Shown here one piece after another: positions 46,266 through 62,230 of a stretch of DNA of 64,000 nucleotides. Positions within the stretch are counted from its first letter, which is position 1. Each line of letters opens with the position of its first letter. The position numbers were made by a program, and so were the translations under genes. This DNA comes from the human T2T-CHM13v2.0 reference genome, Homo sapiens, in NCBI RefSeq assembly GCF_009914755.1, contig NC_060947.1; one strand, given 5' to 3'. The notes beneath the pieces were generated by a model. That model was not told the DNA's origin. It saw only the letters and a list, made by a program, of their open reading frames with translations, and searched no databases.

Positions 46266-46320
<55 letters not shown>
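46026..46320 (+). mobile_element. AluJ with right-arm deletion; tail expanded into (AAAG)14
   Basis: TSD agactagagga on both sides; perfect tetranucleotide run at 46265-46320. Confidence 0.93.
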
Positions 46321-46321
<1 letters not shown>

Positions 46322-46573
46322 CAGACTAGAGGAATTGGAGACAGCAGAGATAGGAACTCTTTTGAGAATTTTTGCCTCAAACAGGAATGAACAAATCAAA
46401 CAATAATTGGTGGGAGGAGTGAGGTCAAGGGAAATGCGTATTTTCTAAGGTAATGTATTCCATAATTTAAAAAGGAGATTGTTTCCACCTTTGAAGTTTA
46501 TCGACAAATGCCCAATTGATGCAGATTTGTTGAATTAAGATATGATGTGTCAAATGTAAAAAGAGGGTGTAGA

Positions 46574-46744
46574 GCAGTGATTTTCAAAGTAAGATCCCCA
46601 TAACAGCAAGAGCAGTATCAACTGGGCGTACTTGAGAAATGTAAATTCTAGGAGGCCACATCCCAAACCTACCAAGTCAGAAATTCTGTGGTTCAACAAG
46701 CCCTTCAGGTGATTCTGATGTACATTAAATTTTGAGAGCTCCTG
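46574..46744. mobile_element. MER5A hAT-Charlie MITE
   Basis: cagtgattttcaaagt...aacaagcccttcaggtgattctgatg...tttgaga. Confidence 0.8.
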
Positions 46745-48935
46745 GCGTAGAACACTGTTATCAGGTGAGTTTACTTCCAAATCATTAACATGAATGAATG
46801 AAGAATGTTTATTTTTTCATTAAGAGCAGAAGGTATGTTTTTTTTTTCCTGTCCTTGCCCAACCACCTATTGTTCAGATGTCTCCATCCTAAGGAAAATC
46901 CCCCCCGCCCCCGCACTCCCCAACTCAGAAATAACAGCATATTTATATGTTGGTGGAAATGATCCAGTAGAGAGTAAAACATTAGTGATATAGGAGAAAG
47001 AGTGTAAAAATGTTGGAGTCATGTACTTCAATAGGTGAGAGAGGAAGGATCAAATACATAGGTGACATTAGATAGGAGCAAGTAGAGCCTCACATATGGT
47101 GATAAGCAAGATGGCAGAGAGCATAGGCACAAAGGCGGTGGCAATAGGAGTCTGAAGTTTCTTATTGCTTCAGTTTTCTCAGTTAAGTAGGAATCAAAGT
47201 CATTAGCTGAGAGTGAGAATGGAGGAGTTTTGACAAGCTTGGCAACTCATTCTGTGGGCAATACTCTATGAAAATAGTCACTCAAACATTGCTAGTGGGA
47301 GTGTGAAATTATAGCGACTCCTTTGGAGAGAGATTTTGCAGTATTTTTATCTTTTGACACAGCAATCTCACTTCTGGTATTTTAACCAGAAGATCCCCCT
47401 CCACAAACAAGAAACAACGTATGTACCGAGGTTATTTACTGCAGCATTGTTTGTAACGGAAAACAATATTGGAAATAACCTATATGATCATTTATAGAGG
47501 ACTGGCTAATGATGCATCATTAGGTTGTTTATTCTGAGTTTTTCTTCTTTTTTTGATGTAGGTGCTTATTGCTATAAATTCTCCTCTTAGTAAAGCTATC
47601 ACTATATACCATAGGTTTTGGTATGTTGTTGTGTTTCCATTTTCATTTGTTTGAAGACATTTTTTAATTTCCTTTTTAATCTCTTCATTGACCCACTGGC
47701 CATTCAGGTTCATATTGCTTAATTTCCATGTGTTTATGTAGTTTCCAAAATTCCTCTTATTATTGATCTCTAGTTTTATACCATTGTAGTTAGAGACAAT
47801 GCTTGATATTATCTCAATATTTTTAATTTTTAATACTTGTTTTGTGGCTACTATATGGTCTATCTTTGGGAATGATCCATGTACTGAGAATAATGTGTAT
47901 TCTGCAGCCATATGATGAAATGTTCTATTCTGTAAATATCTGTTAGGTTCATTTGTTCTATAGTGGAGATTAAGTCTGATGTTTCTTTGTTGATTTTCTA
48001 TCTGGAAGGTCTGTCCAGTGCTGACAGTTGGGTGTTAAATTACACAGCTATTTTTGTATTGGGGTCTATTTCTCTAGCTCTAATAATATTTGCTTTATAT
48101 ATCTGTGTGTTCCAGTGTTGGATGCATATCTGTTTAAAGTTATTACATCCTCTTGATGAATTCACTCCTTTGTCACTATATAGTGACCTAATTTGTCTCT
48201 TCTTATAGTTTTTCTCTTGAACTCTATTTTGTCTAAGTACAGTGACTCCTACTTTTTTTTGGTTTCCATTAGCATGAAATATCTTTTTCCATCCCTTTAT
48301 TTGCAGTCTATCTGTGTCTTTATAGGTGAAGTGTGTTACATTTAGGCAACCGATCATTGGGTCTTGCTTTTTAATCCCTTCAGCCATTCTATGTCTTTTG
48401 ATTGGAGAGTTTAGTCCATTTACATTCAATGTCATTATTGTTAAGTAATGACATTCTCCTGCCATTTTCTTACTCGTTTTCTGGTTGTTTTGTAGTCTTT
48501 TTTTTTTTTTTTTCTTTCCTGCCTTCCTCTCTTCCTTTTAGTGAAGGTGATTTTCTCTGGGATATATTTTAATTTCTTCCTTTTTAATTTCGTGTATCTG
48601 TTGTATGTTTTAAGATTTGAGGTTACCATGAGGCTTGCAAATAATATGGCCCATATTTTAAACTGATAATAACACTTATTACATAAATTAAAAAAAATCA
48701 ACTAGCGATAAGAAGACTAATAAAATCTCCACACTTTAACTTCATTCCTCCAATTTTTACTTTTTGTTGTTTCTATTTCTATCTTACCATACTGCCTAAG
48801 TCTTGAAAAGTTGTTTTAGTTACTAGTTTTGATTGGACCATCTTTTGGTGTTTCTACTCAAACTACGAGTAATTTATACACCATAATTTCAATGTTATAC
48901 TTGTCTGTTTTTCTGTGCACTATTACCAGTGAGGT

Positions 48936-49286
<351 letters not shown>

Positions 49287-49569
49287 TCAGATTGAAGAAC
49301 TCCCCCTAGCATTTCTTGCAGGACAGGTCTTGTGTTGAAATCCCTCAGCTTTTGTTTGTCTGGGAAAGTCTTTATTTCTCCTTCATGTTTGAAGGATATT
49401 TTGTCTGGAAATGCTAATCTAGGATAAAAGTTTTTTTTTTTTTCTTCAGCACTTTAAGTATGTCATGCCACTCTTTCCTGGCCTGTAAGCTTTCTACCAA
49501 GAAGTCTGCTCCCAGACATATCAGAGCTCCATTGTATGTTATTTGTTTCTTTTCTCTTGCTGCTTTTAG

Positions 49570-49862
<293 letters not shown>

Positions 49863-50291
49863 AAGGATTCTTTCTTTATCCTTGACCTTTGGGAGTTTGA
49901 TTAATAAATGTCTTGAGGTAGTCTTATTTGTGTTCAATGTGCTTGATGTTCTATAGACTTGTTTTTGTACTTGAATATTGGTATCTTTCTCTAGGTTTGG
50001 GACATTCTCTGTTTCTATCTCTTTGAATAAACTTTCTACTCCTATTTCTCTCTCTACCTTCTATTTAAGGTCACTATCTCTTAGATTTGCCCTTTGAGGC
50101 TAGTTTGTAGATCTCGTAGGCATGCTTCATTCTTTTCTTTTTTTTTCTTTCATCTCCTCTGAGTGCAGATTTTCAAATAGCCTGTCTTCAAGCTCACTCT
50201 TTCTTTCTTCTGCTTTATCAATTCTGCTGTTAGGAGACTTTGATGCATTCTTCAGTATGTCACTTGCCTTGTTCAGCTCCGGAATTTCTGC

Positions 50292-50608
50292 TTTATTTAT
50301 TTATTTATTTATTTATTTATTTTTTGAGACAGGGTCTCACTTTGTCACTCACGCTGTACTGCAGTGGTGTGATCTTGGCTCACTGCAACTTCTGCCTCCT
50401 GGGTTCAAGCAATTCTTGTGCCTCAGCCTCCCGAGTAGCTGGAATTACAGGCATGTGCCACCGCACCCAGCTAATTTTTGTATTTTTAGTGGAGATAGGA
50501 TTTTGCCATGTTGGCCAGACTGGCCTTGAACTCCTGGCCTCAAAGTGATCTGCCTGCTTCGGCCTTCCAAAGCACTAGGATTACAGGCATGAACCACTGC
50601 ACCAGGCC
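50292..50608 (-). mobile_element. AluS with (TTTA)n tail
   Basis: Reverse dimer; short ctgctt TSD. Confidence 0.94.
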
Positions 50609-52859
50609 TGCTTGATTCTTTTTTAATTTCAATATCTTTGTTAAATGTATCTGATAGGAGTCTGAATTCCTTCTCTGTGTTATCTTGCATTTCCTTGAGC
50701 TACCTCAAAACAGCTATTTTGAATTCTGTCTTAAAGGTCACATATCTCTGTTTCTTTGGGATTAGTCACTGGCGCCTTATTCAGTTGGTGAAGTTATGTT
50801 TTTTTGGATGGTGTTGATGCTTGTGGATGTTTATCAGTATGTGGGCATCAAAGAGTTAGGTATTTATTGTAATTTTCACAGTCTGGGCTTGTTTGTATCC
50901 TTCCTGGGATCTTTCCAGGTATTTGAAGGAGCTTGAGTGTTGTGATCTAAGTCTTTGGTTACTGTGGCCATATCTGCTTTGAGGGTTCCCCAAGCCCAGT
51001 AATGCTGTGGCTCTTTAAGACTCGTAAAGTTACCGCCTTTGTGGTCTTAGGTAAGATCTGGGAGAATCCAGGCAGAGACTCTTGTCTTCTTCCCTTACAT
51101 TCCCTGAAACAGAGTCCCTCTCTCTCTCTGTGATGAGCTGCCAGGAGCTGGAGGAAGGGTGACACAAGTACCCCTGTGACCACCATGACTAAGACTGTAC
51201 TGAGTCAGACCTGGAGCCAGTACAGCACTGGGTCTTACACAAGGCCTGCAGTCACCACTGCCTGACTACTGCTTATGTTCACTCAAGGCCCAAGGACTCT
51301 ACAATCAGCAGATGGTAGAGCCAGCCAGGTTTGTGTCCTTCCCTTAAGGATGGTGAATTCTCTCTGGCTCTGGGTAGGTCCAGTGATGCTGTCCAGTAGC
51401 CAGGGCCTGGAGTTGGAAACCTTAGAATTCTACCTGGTGCTCTGTTTTATTATGGCTGAGCTGGTACCCATGCCATGAGACAAAATCCTTCTCACTCTAC
51501 CCTCACCTTTCCTCAAGCAGAGGAGACTCTCCCCATGGCCACCACTGCTTAGGCCCACAGTAAGTGCTGCCTGGCTACCACAGATGTTCAACTAAAGACC
51601 AAGGATTCTTCTGTCAGCTTGCAGTGAATGCTGCCAGTCTTGAGTCTCTTCAGCATTGTAGATTCTCCTTTGTCCCAGGGCAGGTCCAGGAATGCCATCT
51701 ATGGTCCAAGGCCTGGAAACAGGGATCCTAAGTGCCTGTTTGGTGCTCTACCCCACTGTGGCCAAGCTGGTACCCAAGCTGAAAAACAAAGTCCCCTTTA
51801 CTCTTCCCTCTCCTTTCCTAAAGCAGAAGGAGTCTCTCCCCATAGCCACCATAGCTGGGAATATGTTGGGTCACACCTGAAGCCAGCACAACTCTGAATC
51901 TCACCCAAGGCCTACAGTGAGTGCTGACTGGCTACCACTGCTGATTATTCTGGGCTCAAGGGCTCTTTAGTCAACAGGTGATGATTTCTGCTAGGACTGA
52001 GTCTTTCCCTTTAAGGCAACAGTTTCCCTTCTGGCCCAGGGTGTGTTTAGAAATGGCATCTGGGAGCTAGGGCCTCAAGAATCTTCCTCGGTTCCCTATT
52101 CTACTATGGCTAAGCTGGTATACAACTTGCAAGATAACATCCTCTTTGCTTTCCACTCTTCTCTCCTCAAGCCCAGGGAAGGAGTCTCTCCCAGAGCTGC
52201 AAGTTGTGCTGCCTGGTGTTGAGGGAGAGGGTGATGCAAGCACTCCCTTGGCCACTCCAGCTTGTCTCACTATGTTGTGTGCCCCCTAGCCCACTGGCTC
52301 CTAGCTCGGCAGAGCACCAGGACTTGCCCAGGAGTTGCTGTCCTTGTGGCCTAGACTGCCTTTCAAGTTTATTTAAGATCCTATAGCCCTTTAGCATACA
52401 GTGGTGGGGCTTGCTGGAACTTAGGTTCCAACCACTGGGCTGGATAATTTGCCTTTGTCTAAGGTTGGTCTAAATGCTCCCTCTATGGGCACCGGCTGAA
52501 TTCTGCCCCATGTTGCTTTCCACTCTGACAGGGCAGCACTGAATTCCAATGCATAGTCCCACAACCACTGTGCTCTCCCTCCATCAAGTGCGTGGATTCT
52601 CTCTCCATGTGCCGTGTGACCACTGCCGGGGAAGGGGGAGGGGTTGTGTAGGCGATTGGGGACTGTCTTTCCTACCCTCTTCAGTGCCTCTTTCTTTAAT
52701 ATGATGTTATAATAAAACCAGGTACTGTGATTTCTTAATTTTTGGTTCTTGTGAAGGTGTATTTTTGTGTAGATAGCTGTTCAATTTTGTATTCCTGTGT
52801 GGGGAACAATTGTGGGAGGCTTCTATTCAGCCATCTTGCTCTACTTCCCCCTCCAACTG

Positions 52860-55460
52860 AGGTTTCATATAAATTTGAATATCAGCTTATTAATTTTCAC
52901 AACAACCTTGTGACTTTTTGGGGGAGAGATTTTATTGACTCCACAAATGAAGTTGGGAGGAAATGATATATTAACAAAATCAAGATTCCAGCCTATGAAC
53001 ATGTATATTCATGTTCATAAGCATATTCCTATATTTAAATCGGTTTTTAAAAAATTTCTCAGAAATATCTTATGGTTTTTAGTGTAAAGACCTTACACAT
53101 CTTTTTAAAGATTTATTTCTAGGTATTTGCCTATTTTTGGAAGATATTGTAGTTTTAAAAATTTGTACTTACTCTCATGATCTAGATAAATGAAATTGAT
53201 TTTTATATTTTGAACTCATACCAACCTCCTTAAAACAGCTATTAATTCAAAACTTTTGTAGATACTTTTGGATTTTTTTCACTTCTAATCCTTATACCTT
53301 TCCCTCCTTTCTTCCTTGACTTATTATGCTGATTAGGATCTCTAGTATGACATCAAATAGAAGTGTTGCTAACAGACATCTTATCTTGTTCCTGATCTCA
53401 GGGGAAATTTTTAAGATAATTTAACAATAATTATGATGTTTGCTGTAGGATTTTTGTAGCTGCTATTTTTTCAGATTGAGGAAGTTCCCTTGTCTTCTAA
53501 GTTTGCTAAGAGGCTTTCTTTTTTTTTTTTCAAATCACAACTGAAAGTAGAATTTTATTAAATATCTTTTCTGCATCTAGTGAGGTGATCATATGATTTT
53601 CTGTCCTTTTTTCCTGTTAATATAGTAAATTATAAGTTAAATGAATTAATTTTCCATAAGCTTCATGTGGTTGTGATATATTAGCATTGTTAAATATCAC
53701 TAAGTTAGATTTACACACACACACACACACACATTATTAATGTGATTTTTATTTCTTGGAATGTCCTTTACAAGTTTTGGTTTTGGTGGCTTCATAAAAC
53801 AAGATGAGAAGTGTTCCATGTTTTCTCTCTCTTTTTTTTTTTTTGGAAGTATTCGTGTAAGATTAATGTTATTTACTCTTCAAGTGTTTGAAACACTTTG
53901 TCAGTGAAGCCATTTAAGCCTGGAGTTTTACTTTGTGGTGAGGTTTTTAATAACAGGTTTCAGTTCTTTCATAGATCTAGGACTATTTATTTTTGTTTCA
54001 ATTTTATTGAGTTGTGTTTCTTAAAGAATTTGTCCACTTTCTCTAAGGCTGCTTCTACCCTAACTCCCTTGCTCTTCTTTTCTTAGGTCCCCCAACTACA
54101 CTTATATTAGTCTTTCCCACTATTATATATATATATATCTTACAACCTTTTCAGCAATATCAATGCTTTTTACTTCTACACTTCATTCTAGATACTATCT
54201 AGTGCACTAATTCCATTTTCAACTTTGCCCAATCTGCTGTTAAATCCATCTGTTGAGCTCTTAATTTTAGCTATTTTATTTCCTGTTCCAGACTTCCATT
54301 TGGCTTTTTATTGTAGATTCCAATTCTGTGGAACCTGTTCATCACAATTATTTTAAAGTCTTGGTCTGATAACTCCAATATTACCTGTTTCTGTTTCTAG
54401 CCTCTCTCTTTTTCTCTTGCTCATATTTATTTGTATGTCAGTAATTTTTACTGAATAGATCAAGAACGTGAAGGATTAGACCCTCCTCCTCCCTGCCTAT
54501 TTCTGACCCAAGAGATGAGGCCTAAACTGAGATTGAAGAGAAGATTTGAATTCAGAATGAGATTGAAGTTTTGATTTAAACTCTGAAAAGCTTTAATACC
54601 TGAAAAGAAGATTGTTTTAAAAAATGAAAGTGCTTATGTTTCTCTTATTGTTTCTTCAGAGTTTAAAAGAATACAACTCTTTGTCATATAAAAAATGGTT
54701 TTGACTGAATGCCCAACATTGTGTATGAAACATATAGAGACTCCAGATCATGTTATCTTCCTTCAGAGGATATTGCCTTTTCCTCTGTCAGGCAGCAGAG
54801 AATTAGATAAATGTAATTCAACTTGGGGCTTTGCTAACTGAAAGCTAATTTGCGGTCTTTGTATGTCCCAGTTTGCTTCTGGTTTACTCCCACTTCTAGG
54901 GCGTAGCTCTCTAGGAGTTCCAACTAAGAATCAGGGTTGTTTGTTGGAACTCCTCCTACTTATAAGGTCATGAACTCCAATTTTTCACCCTCGAACATTG
55001 TGAGCCTGCTTGCTTGCTCTACTTTGTTGATGCTTTCTGATTGGCTTCTTACCCTAATTTTCTGCACAGTTTAAACTGTAAATGCCTCTAGAAGAACACT
55101 GGTTCCAAGCGCTAGGTTCTATTCTCTGTCCCTTCTATCTCTCTGAGAGCTTGGTCTCTCAACACCTAGCTGCATTGTCCACTGAACACTTTTAATCTCC
55201 CCAGCCCCAAGAGGTGACCTAAAACTGCTCTGCTAAATTCTTTATCTCATTCTCCATGCCAAAAACATCAAGGAGGAAAATAAGTGTCCATGAAGTAAGC
55301 TCACCTTAATGAGCTCCCTTCTTTCTGGATCTAGTTTCTCAAGTCCTGGCTACCTTAGTAGCCTTCTTATTTCTTCTCAAAAAATGTTTATAAAAACCTG
55401 CCTTTTCTACTTTTTCTTGTTAAAATATTCATCTCTACTACAAGCTACTCAATCATAGAA
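52860..55460 (-). mobile_element. Ancient L1M (L1ME-like) remnants
   Basis: T-rich strand; degraded ORF2 motifs (cttgttcctgatctcaggg, gattgaggaagttccct, cagtgaagccat). Confidence 0.65.
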
Positions 55461-55731
55461 GACCTCTGAACTCATGATTAAAATACGTGCATGCGTGTGT
55501 GTGTGTGTGTGTGTGTGTGTGAGTGTGTGTGTATGTATTTCTATCTCTGTTCATTGATTGACTGGATATAGGAGTAATGACCCTGTAGTAGCATACATAC
55601 CTAACACCAAGATATTTGTTTCTATGCATCATTTCTTACTTAAACTAATCAGGTTTCTTTGGAGAAACTACTGATTTCAGTGAAAGTACAAGCACAATGT
55701 GAGCCTAGATATAGATATCTTGCTATACCAG

Positions 55732-56097
55732 TGATATGGTTTGGCTATGTCCCCACCCAAATCTCATCTTGAATTGTAGCTCCCATAATCCCCACATGTT
55801 GTGAGAGGGACCCAGTGGGAGGCAAATGAATCATGGAGAAGGGTTTTTTTTCCCTGCTGTTCTCATGGTAGTGAATAAGACTTACAAGATCTGATGGTTG
55901 TATAAAGGGCGGTTCTCCTGCACATGCTCTCTTGCCTGCTGCCATGTAAGACATACCTTTGCTCCTCCTTTGCCTTCCACCATGATTGTGAGGCCACACC
56001 AGCCATGTGGCACTTGAGTCCATTAAACCTCTTTTTTCTTTATAAATTACCCAGTCTCGGGTATTTCTTCATATCAGTATGAAAATGGATTAATACA
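55732..56097 (+). mobile_element. THE1 (B/C-like) MaLR solo LTR, nested in an old L1 3' region (~55470-57110)
   Basis: tgatatggtttggct...taataca termini; perfect 5 bp TSD accag. Confidence 0.95.
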
Positions 56098-57152
56098 ACC
56101 AGAAAGTAAGAAAGTGATCAGAGAATGATGGGGACATTTCATAAGGACACAGGAAGCAACTTGAAGGGACACCCACTGGCCAAGTCTGGGATAATTTAAA
56201 CATAAAAAAAATTTGGTAATAGTTTATAGTACATTGAGTTAAGAAAAAAAAATCCATAAATTCATGGTAATATTCAAAGTAAAATAAAAGGAGAGGAGAA
56301 AAAAGAATTCCCAGTGTGTTTTTTTTAAAACAGAAGAATGCCAGCTACTAAATGTAGAAGGAATAAAATAATTAGAAAAGCAATACTTTTTAACACCCAA
56401 AGTAATAATTGGCTCAGGTAAGGATCATCAGAGGATGCTAATATGACTGGGTAAAATGTTGAAAATAAGTCTCAAAATATCACTCTACAGACTACTTTTA
56501 AAGAGAAAAAATGTGCTTTCTCAATGGAAAAGTCTGGTGGTCATCACTTTAACCAAGTGGTCAAGCTTGGCAATGCCAATAGTGGTTTTGCTTGATGATG
56601 TGCCTTCAGTATGATCAAGAGGAAGGTACACAACGTCATTTATGTGATGTTCTTGCTGGAAATGTTTGATCTAACTATCATAGCGAGGAAAGAGGCAATT
56701 CTAGAATGTGAGGTATGATGGAGGACATCCTACCTGGACTCTTTAAAGAGACACTCAAATGCTCTGAGTGAATCTTGAGTGGATCTTGGATTGGAAAAAC
56801 AGAAGCTATAAAGGATATTTTGGAGGATAATCGAAGGAATTTTAGTGAAGACTGGATGCTGGATGATATTGAATTCATGGTGACTTTCTTAGGTGTGTTG
56901 GTATTGTGGTTATAGGAATCAGTTTATTCTTGGAAAATACATCCTGAAATATTTTGCAGTGAAGTGTCATGATGAAAGCAACCTACTTTTGTATGATTTG
57001 GAAAAAAAGGATGTGTGGGTATGGGTGTGTATTTAGATAAATAGAGTGGATGTATCCAGATGTTAACAGTTGGCAAACATAGGTGAGAGGTATGCAGGTC
57101 TTGAAAATTAGAAGAAAAAACTCTTGTAGCGTTTTATTTTTTCAACGAAAAT

Positions 57153-57168
57153 CCACAAGATGGCAGTA
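57153..57168 (+). promoter_or_regulatory. Candidate CTCF core motif
   Basis: CCACAAGATGGCAGTA closely fits CCASYAGRKGGCRS; motif match only. Confidence 0.5.
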
Positions 57169-59538
57169 GAGGAACACCCTCAGAATGGGTTTCTTGGGGG
57201 CCTCTTATAAGGTGACATTTTCTGATTTGAAAAGCAGGATGAGAGATCCAACAAAGGATTGTTTTGGCTTTGTGAATACATTTACATGTAATGTTATACA
57301 AAGGTATGAAGACAAAATGCCGTTTGGTTGTATCATTCTATGAATTGCTTTCATCGAAATAAATACCATTTTGTTAAATTTGGTCCATAAACTCCTGAAA
57401 TGTGTCCAAAATGTTATGTGTATGAGCATTCTCCTTTTATGATGAGAATATCTACAGTTTCTACTATGTCTCAAAGGGGTCAATTATTGCTCCCCAAACT
57501 TAGAAGCTTGAGGGGTTCAAGAAAGTGGCACTAGATCAATGCCTTAATCACATCAGAACTGGTAGTAGTTTAAGCCATTTCTCTTTAATATGTGCTTTGA
57601 AAGTGAGTTTAGTGAAGTGCTCTGGCAGTGCTTATTTGTTAAATGGATTGATGTAGGAACTAGTGGATGTGGATGGATAGGAGTCAGAAGACCTGGGTGT
57701 GAATGTAGCACTTATGCCATCCTCTTCCCCAACATCTTTCCCCAAACACACACACCAAGTTAAAACTGTAGCCAGCAAGATGTTTGTGGTCACATAAAAC
57801 AATTCTCCCCCAAACAAAATCAGTTGTTTGCCTGTATTTCATTTTTTTACTCCCCAAACAGAAACAGCTTATTGGTCAGTGGAGATGCCTGCAATATAAA
57901 ATTTTCTCTTTATAAACATTTGTGAAAAGAGTTCATATTTTTAGGGCAACATGAGCCAAGCTTGTAATTGCGGGAAGCTTCTAGTCTTCTGTGAGTGTCA
58001 GCTTGCCTCTTGTTCCCACCTTCAACCCCTGCCACCCCAAGAGTTTTGGTTTGGATCAGGACTAGGTTTCTATAAACTGCAACGTGAGCTGCTAGGTGAT
58101 CACAGTAAGAGCCAAGCCACATAATGCTCTTCTTTCGATTCATTGGGCAGATAGTTGTCTTAGAAACTTACATGATGACTTGATTGTAAAATAAAATCCC
58201 TGTTGAGCAACTTGATCTGGCTATTTGGGTGGAATGGATTTTTTTAAAAGTGTAAACTAAGGGAAAATAAAATACTCATTTAAAATGTGTTGGCAGCGTG
58301 TAGTTGGCTTAAAATGTCATTTACTGAGTTGTTACCATTTTTGCTCTCTCAATTTTATTAGTATTAAAAATTCATTATTGAGGGACCATGAGCTACATGC
58401 AATTAGTAATGTGACTGAAAGTGAGAGACTAAATAGTAAGATGGTCATGTCTTTAGAAATAAACTTTTAACTTCTCTTTACTGCATTCCCCATGGAAATA
58501 CCATGTTGTGCCATGTTGTTCCTTAAAAGAGCTTACGTTCAGTAGAGAACTGGTGAAATAAATAATGACACATTCATATATTGAGATTGTATGTAACTGT
58601 TGAAAATAATGACATAGATTCATATATATTGACATGGAAAGATATCCAAGCTGAACTGTAGGAGAAACAGAGCAAGTTGCAGAGCTATATGTAAAGCAGA
58701 ATACTATTTTGGAGTATACATTTGCTATTATATGTTCAGAAAATAAGATATGGGAGATCATATAAAAATTTGCTTAAAGCGATTTATTTATGTTGTGGGG
58801 AAAGGAGTAGTATTGTAGTACAAGGGAACTTATGTTTTGTGTTTCATATGTTTTTCTGTTGTCTGGATTTTTAAAAATGAGAATGTAGTCTGAATAAATA
58901 ATGATATAAAGGGAGTGTATGTTGGCACTATCCTTTGAGACCTTCATGTGCTAAATATAATTGTGCAGTATGATCAGTTCTGTCATTCATCTTGAATAGA
59001 CAACAGCTAAAGAGAGCCAGCTGGTTAACTTATAAGTTATATCCCTTCCACATTCAAAGATGTTTACAATATTAATAGACTGAAATGAAACAATAAAAAA
59101 CAAATGTATAAACTAAAAAAGACAAATTATTTAGAACGAATGAGATAACTCTTTAGAAGGAATGAGATAACAGGACCTGGAATATGGAATGACTTCTCTA
59201 CAGAATATAGCAAAAAGTTTACCTCTGAGCTTTCTGGTATCCAAGGGGAAAAGGAAAATATGTTGGCTCTATATATTTCTTCCAAAGTAAGAATGCTACA
59301 AAGAAATTAATCATACGGCATCACATATGTGACACTGACATATTGGACAATGTTTTAAAAACAATTTTGCTTATAATTTATTTCACTGATTTATTTTACA
59401 TATATGAAATAGAAAAATGATATTCCAAAGAATTATGCCTCTCAAATTTTGGAGGAAATTATTTTTTAGAAATAAAAAATTAAATTCAAATTGCACAAAT
59501 AAAAGATAAGTTTAAGCTCTGCTTAAAAGTAAATTTCA

Positions 59539-60462
<924 letters not shown>

Positions 60463-60554
60463 AAAAGTAAATTTCAATAGAAGATTGTTGTTTTCCTTGA
60501 ATAAGAAGCTGAAATTGTGGAGTGAAGTTTTTATTTGGTTTAATTTTTATGGGG

Positions 60555-60772
60555 GTTTTTATTTTTTAATTTTTATTTTAGATTCAGGGGGTACGTATGC
60601 AAGTTTGTTAACTGAGTATATTGTGTGATGCCGAGGTTTGGAGTATATGAATGATCCCATCACCCAAGTACTGAGCATAATACCCAACAGTTTTTCAACC
60701 TATCCCCTCCCTCCTCCCTCCCTCCCTCCCTGCCTCTTCTAGTAGTTCCTAGTTTCTATTGTTGCTATCTTT
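60555..60772 (-). mobile_element. Short L1PB/old L1PA 3' end
   Basis: ttttatttta gattcagggggtac...tgatcccatcacccaagtactgagcata. Confidence 0.85.
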
Positions 60773-60957
60773 AGGACAATGGTTTTTTAATTATATTTTT
60801 AGAAAAGACACAGAGACCTTTGATTGAATATTTTCACTATCTACCCTCTATAAAAATGCAGTCAAAACATCAAATCACAACTCACTCACTGAAAACATCT
60901 TTTTGGGAAAACTGAGGGAATATAATCCAGGTACGTATTTTCCTGAAAATCCAAACA

Positions 60958-61137
60958 AATTTTTTTCAAACCTGGCTGCACAACAGAATCAACTGGGGAG
61001 TTTTTAAAAATTTACTGTCTGTAATCCACCATGAATCTTCAGAGATTCTCATTCCAAAGGTCTGGCATGGATCTTGGGAAACTAGCTATTGATGCTCTGC
61101 ACATGTTCTGATGCAAATCCTGGTTCGAGAACCACTG
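60958..61137. mobile_element. MER5-type MITE
   Basis: tcaaacctggctgcaca..agaatcaactgggga...ttctgatgc...ggttcgagaaccactg. Confidence 0.7.
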
Positions 61138-61415
61138 ATCTGTGATACATAATAGGCATAGCATGCCTTCCTCTAGCATATGTTTTATTTGAAGGCAAAT
61201 AAGTTAAAACATTTTTGTATGAAAACAAACAGGTGAATTATGGAACAGAATTCTAATTTTGCATTGGTTGCTGAAATAAAATATGAGCTTTAGACATTTG
61301 ATGCACTCAAGGGCTCACTTAGGGCTATATTCCCAGACTCTGTGGAGGTAGAGTTTATGATTCACTGCTATAAAATTGTTTTGGTGGAAAGGTTTTTTAA
61401 AGCACCAAGGGAATT

Positions 61416-61826
61416 GTATCAGTTAGGGTTCAGTGCTTATAAAATCCTTGGAAAGGTTAGAAGATTGGAGGTTGGGAAACACACCACCATAACTGTCACC
61501 TAGAGGCTAAGAAGCTACCACTCAAGAACTTCTGCCATCAATGCTGTTACTTCCACTACTTCTCCCCCACAGAGCTCAAAGCTGACTAGTAAATTTGACC
61601 AACAGTGGCCAAAGCAGTAGGAAGATGGCATTTTCCTCCCTCCCACACTTCAAATCTTGTGCAAGTGCATCTCGTTGGACAAATGGAATTCACATCCAGA
61701 ATTTTGGTTGCAAGAGAGGCTGGGAAATAGAGTTTTTAGTTTTTTTTTTTTACCCCTGTGAAATAGGAAGGTGCATGGAAGAGGGTGCTGAGGATGCTGA
61801 GGGTCAAACAATGTTGTCAAGCACAA
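61416..61826 (-). mobile_element. Old ERVL-type solo LTR (LTR33-like)
   Basis: tgtatcagttagggt start; ttgcaagagaggctgggaaa motif; CA end. Confidence 0.5.
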
Positions 61827-62196
61827 TCATGAATCAAAAGTGCTAAAAAGTTTGATATAATTGGCTAGGGAGGACACTGAGATTCACAAAGCATGGAGAT
61901 AATGCCATCTCCTTGTAAAGCTGAGTGAAATACTCCTTCCATACAGCCTAAAATGGAAATTTACATTTTATCTATTTTGTAGAAGTTATTCTATAGATGG
62001 CTCTGTCTTGAAAGATGACATTCATTATTGGCAGTGACATTTCAGCCAAATTCCTTCAACTGAGTTTGTGAATCGCATTTTTTCTAAATTAATAAATTGC
62101 TTATGAAAAATAGCTTCTTTCAGTGTATACGCAACTGAATCTGAATTATATGTGAAATGTTATCCTATTCATTTTGCTTGGGGTGTGCATGTGCAT

Positions 62197-62230
<34 letters not shown>

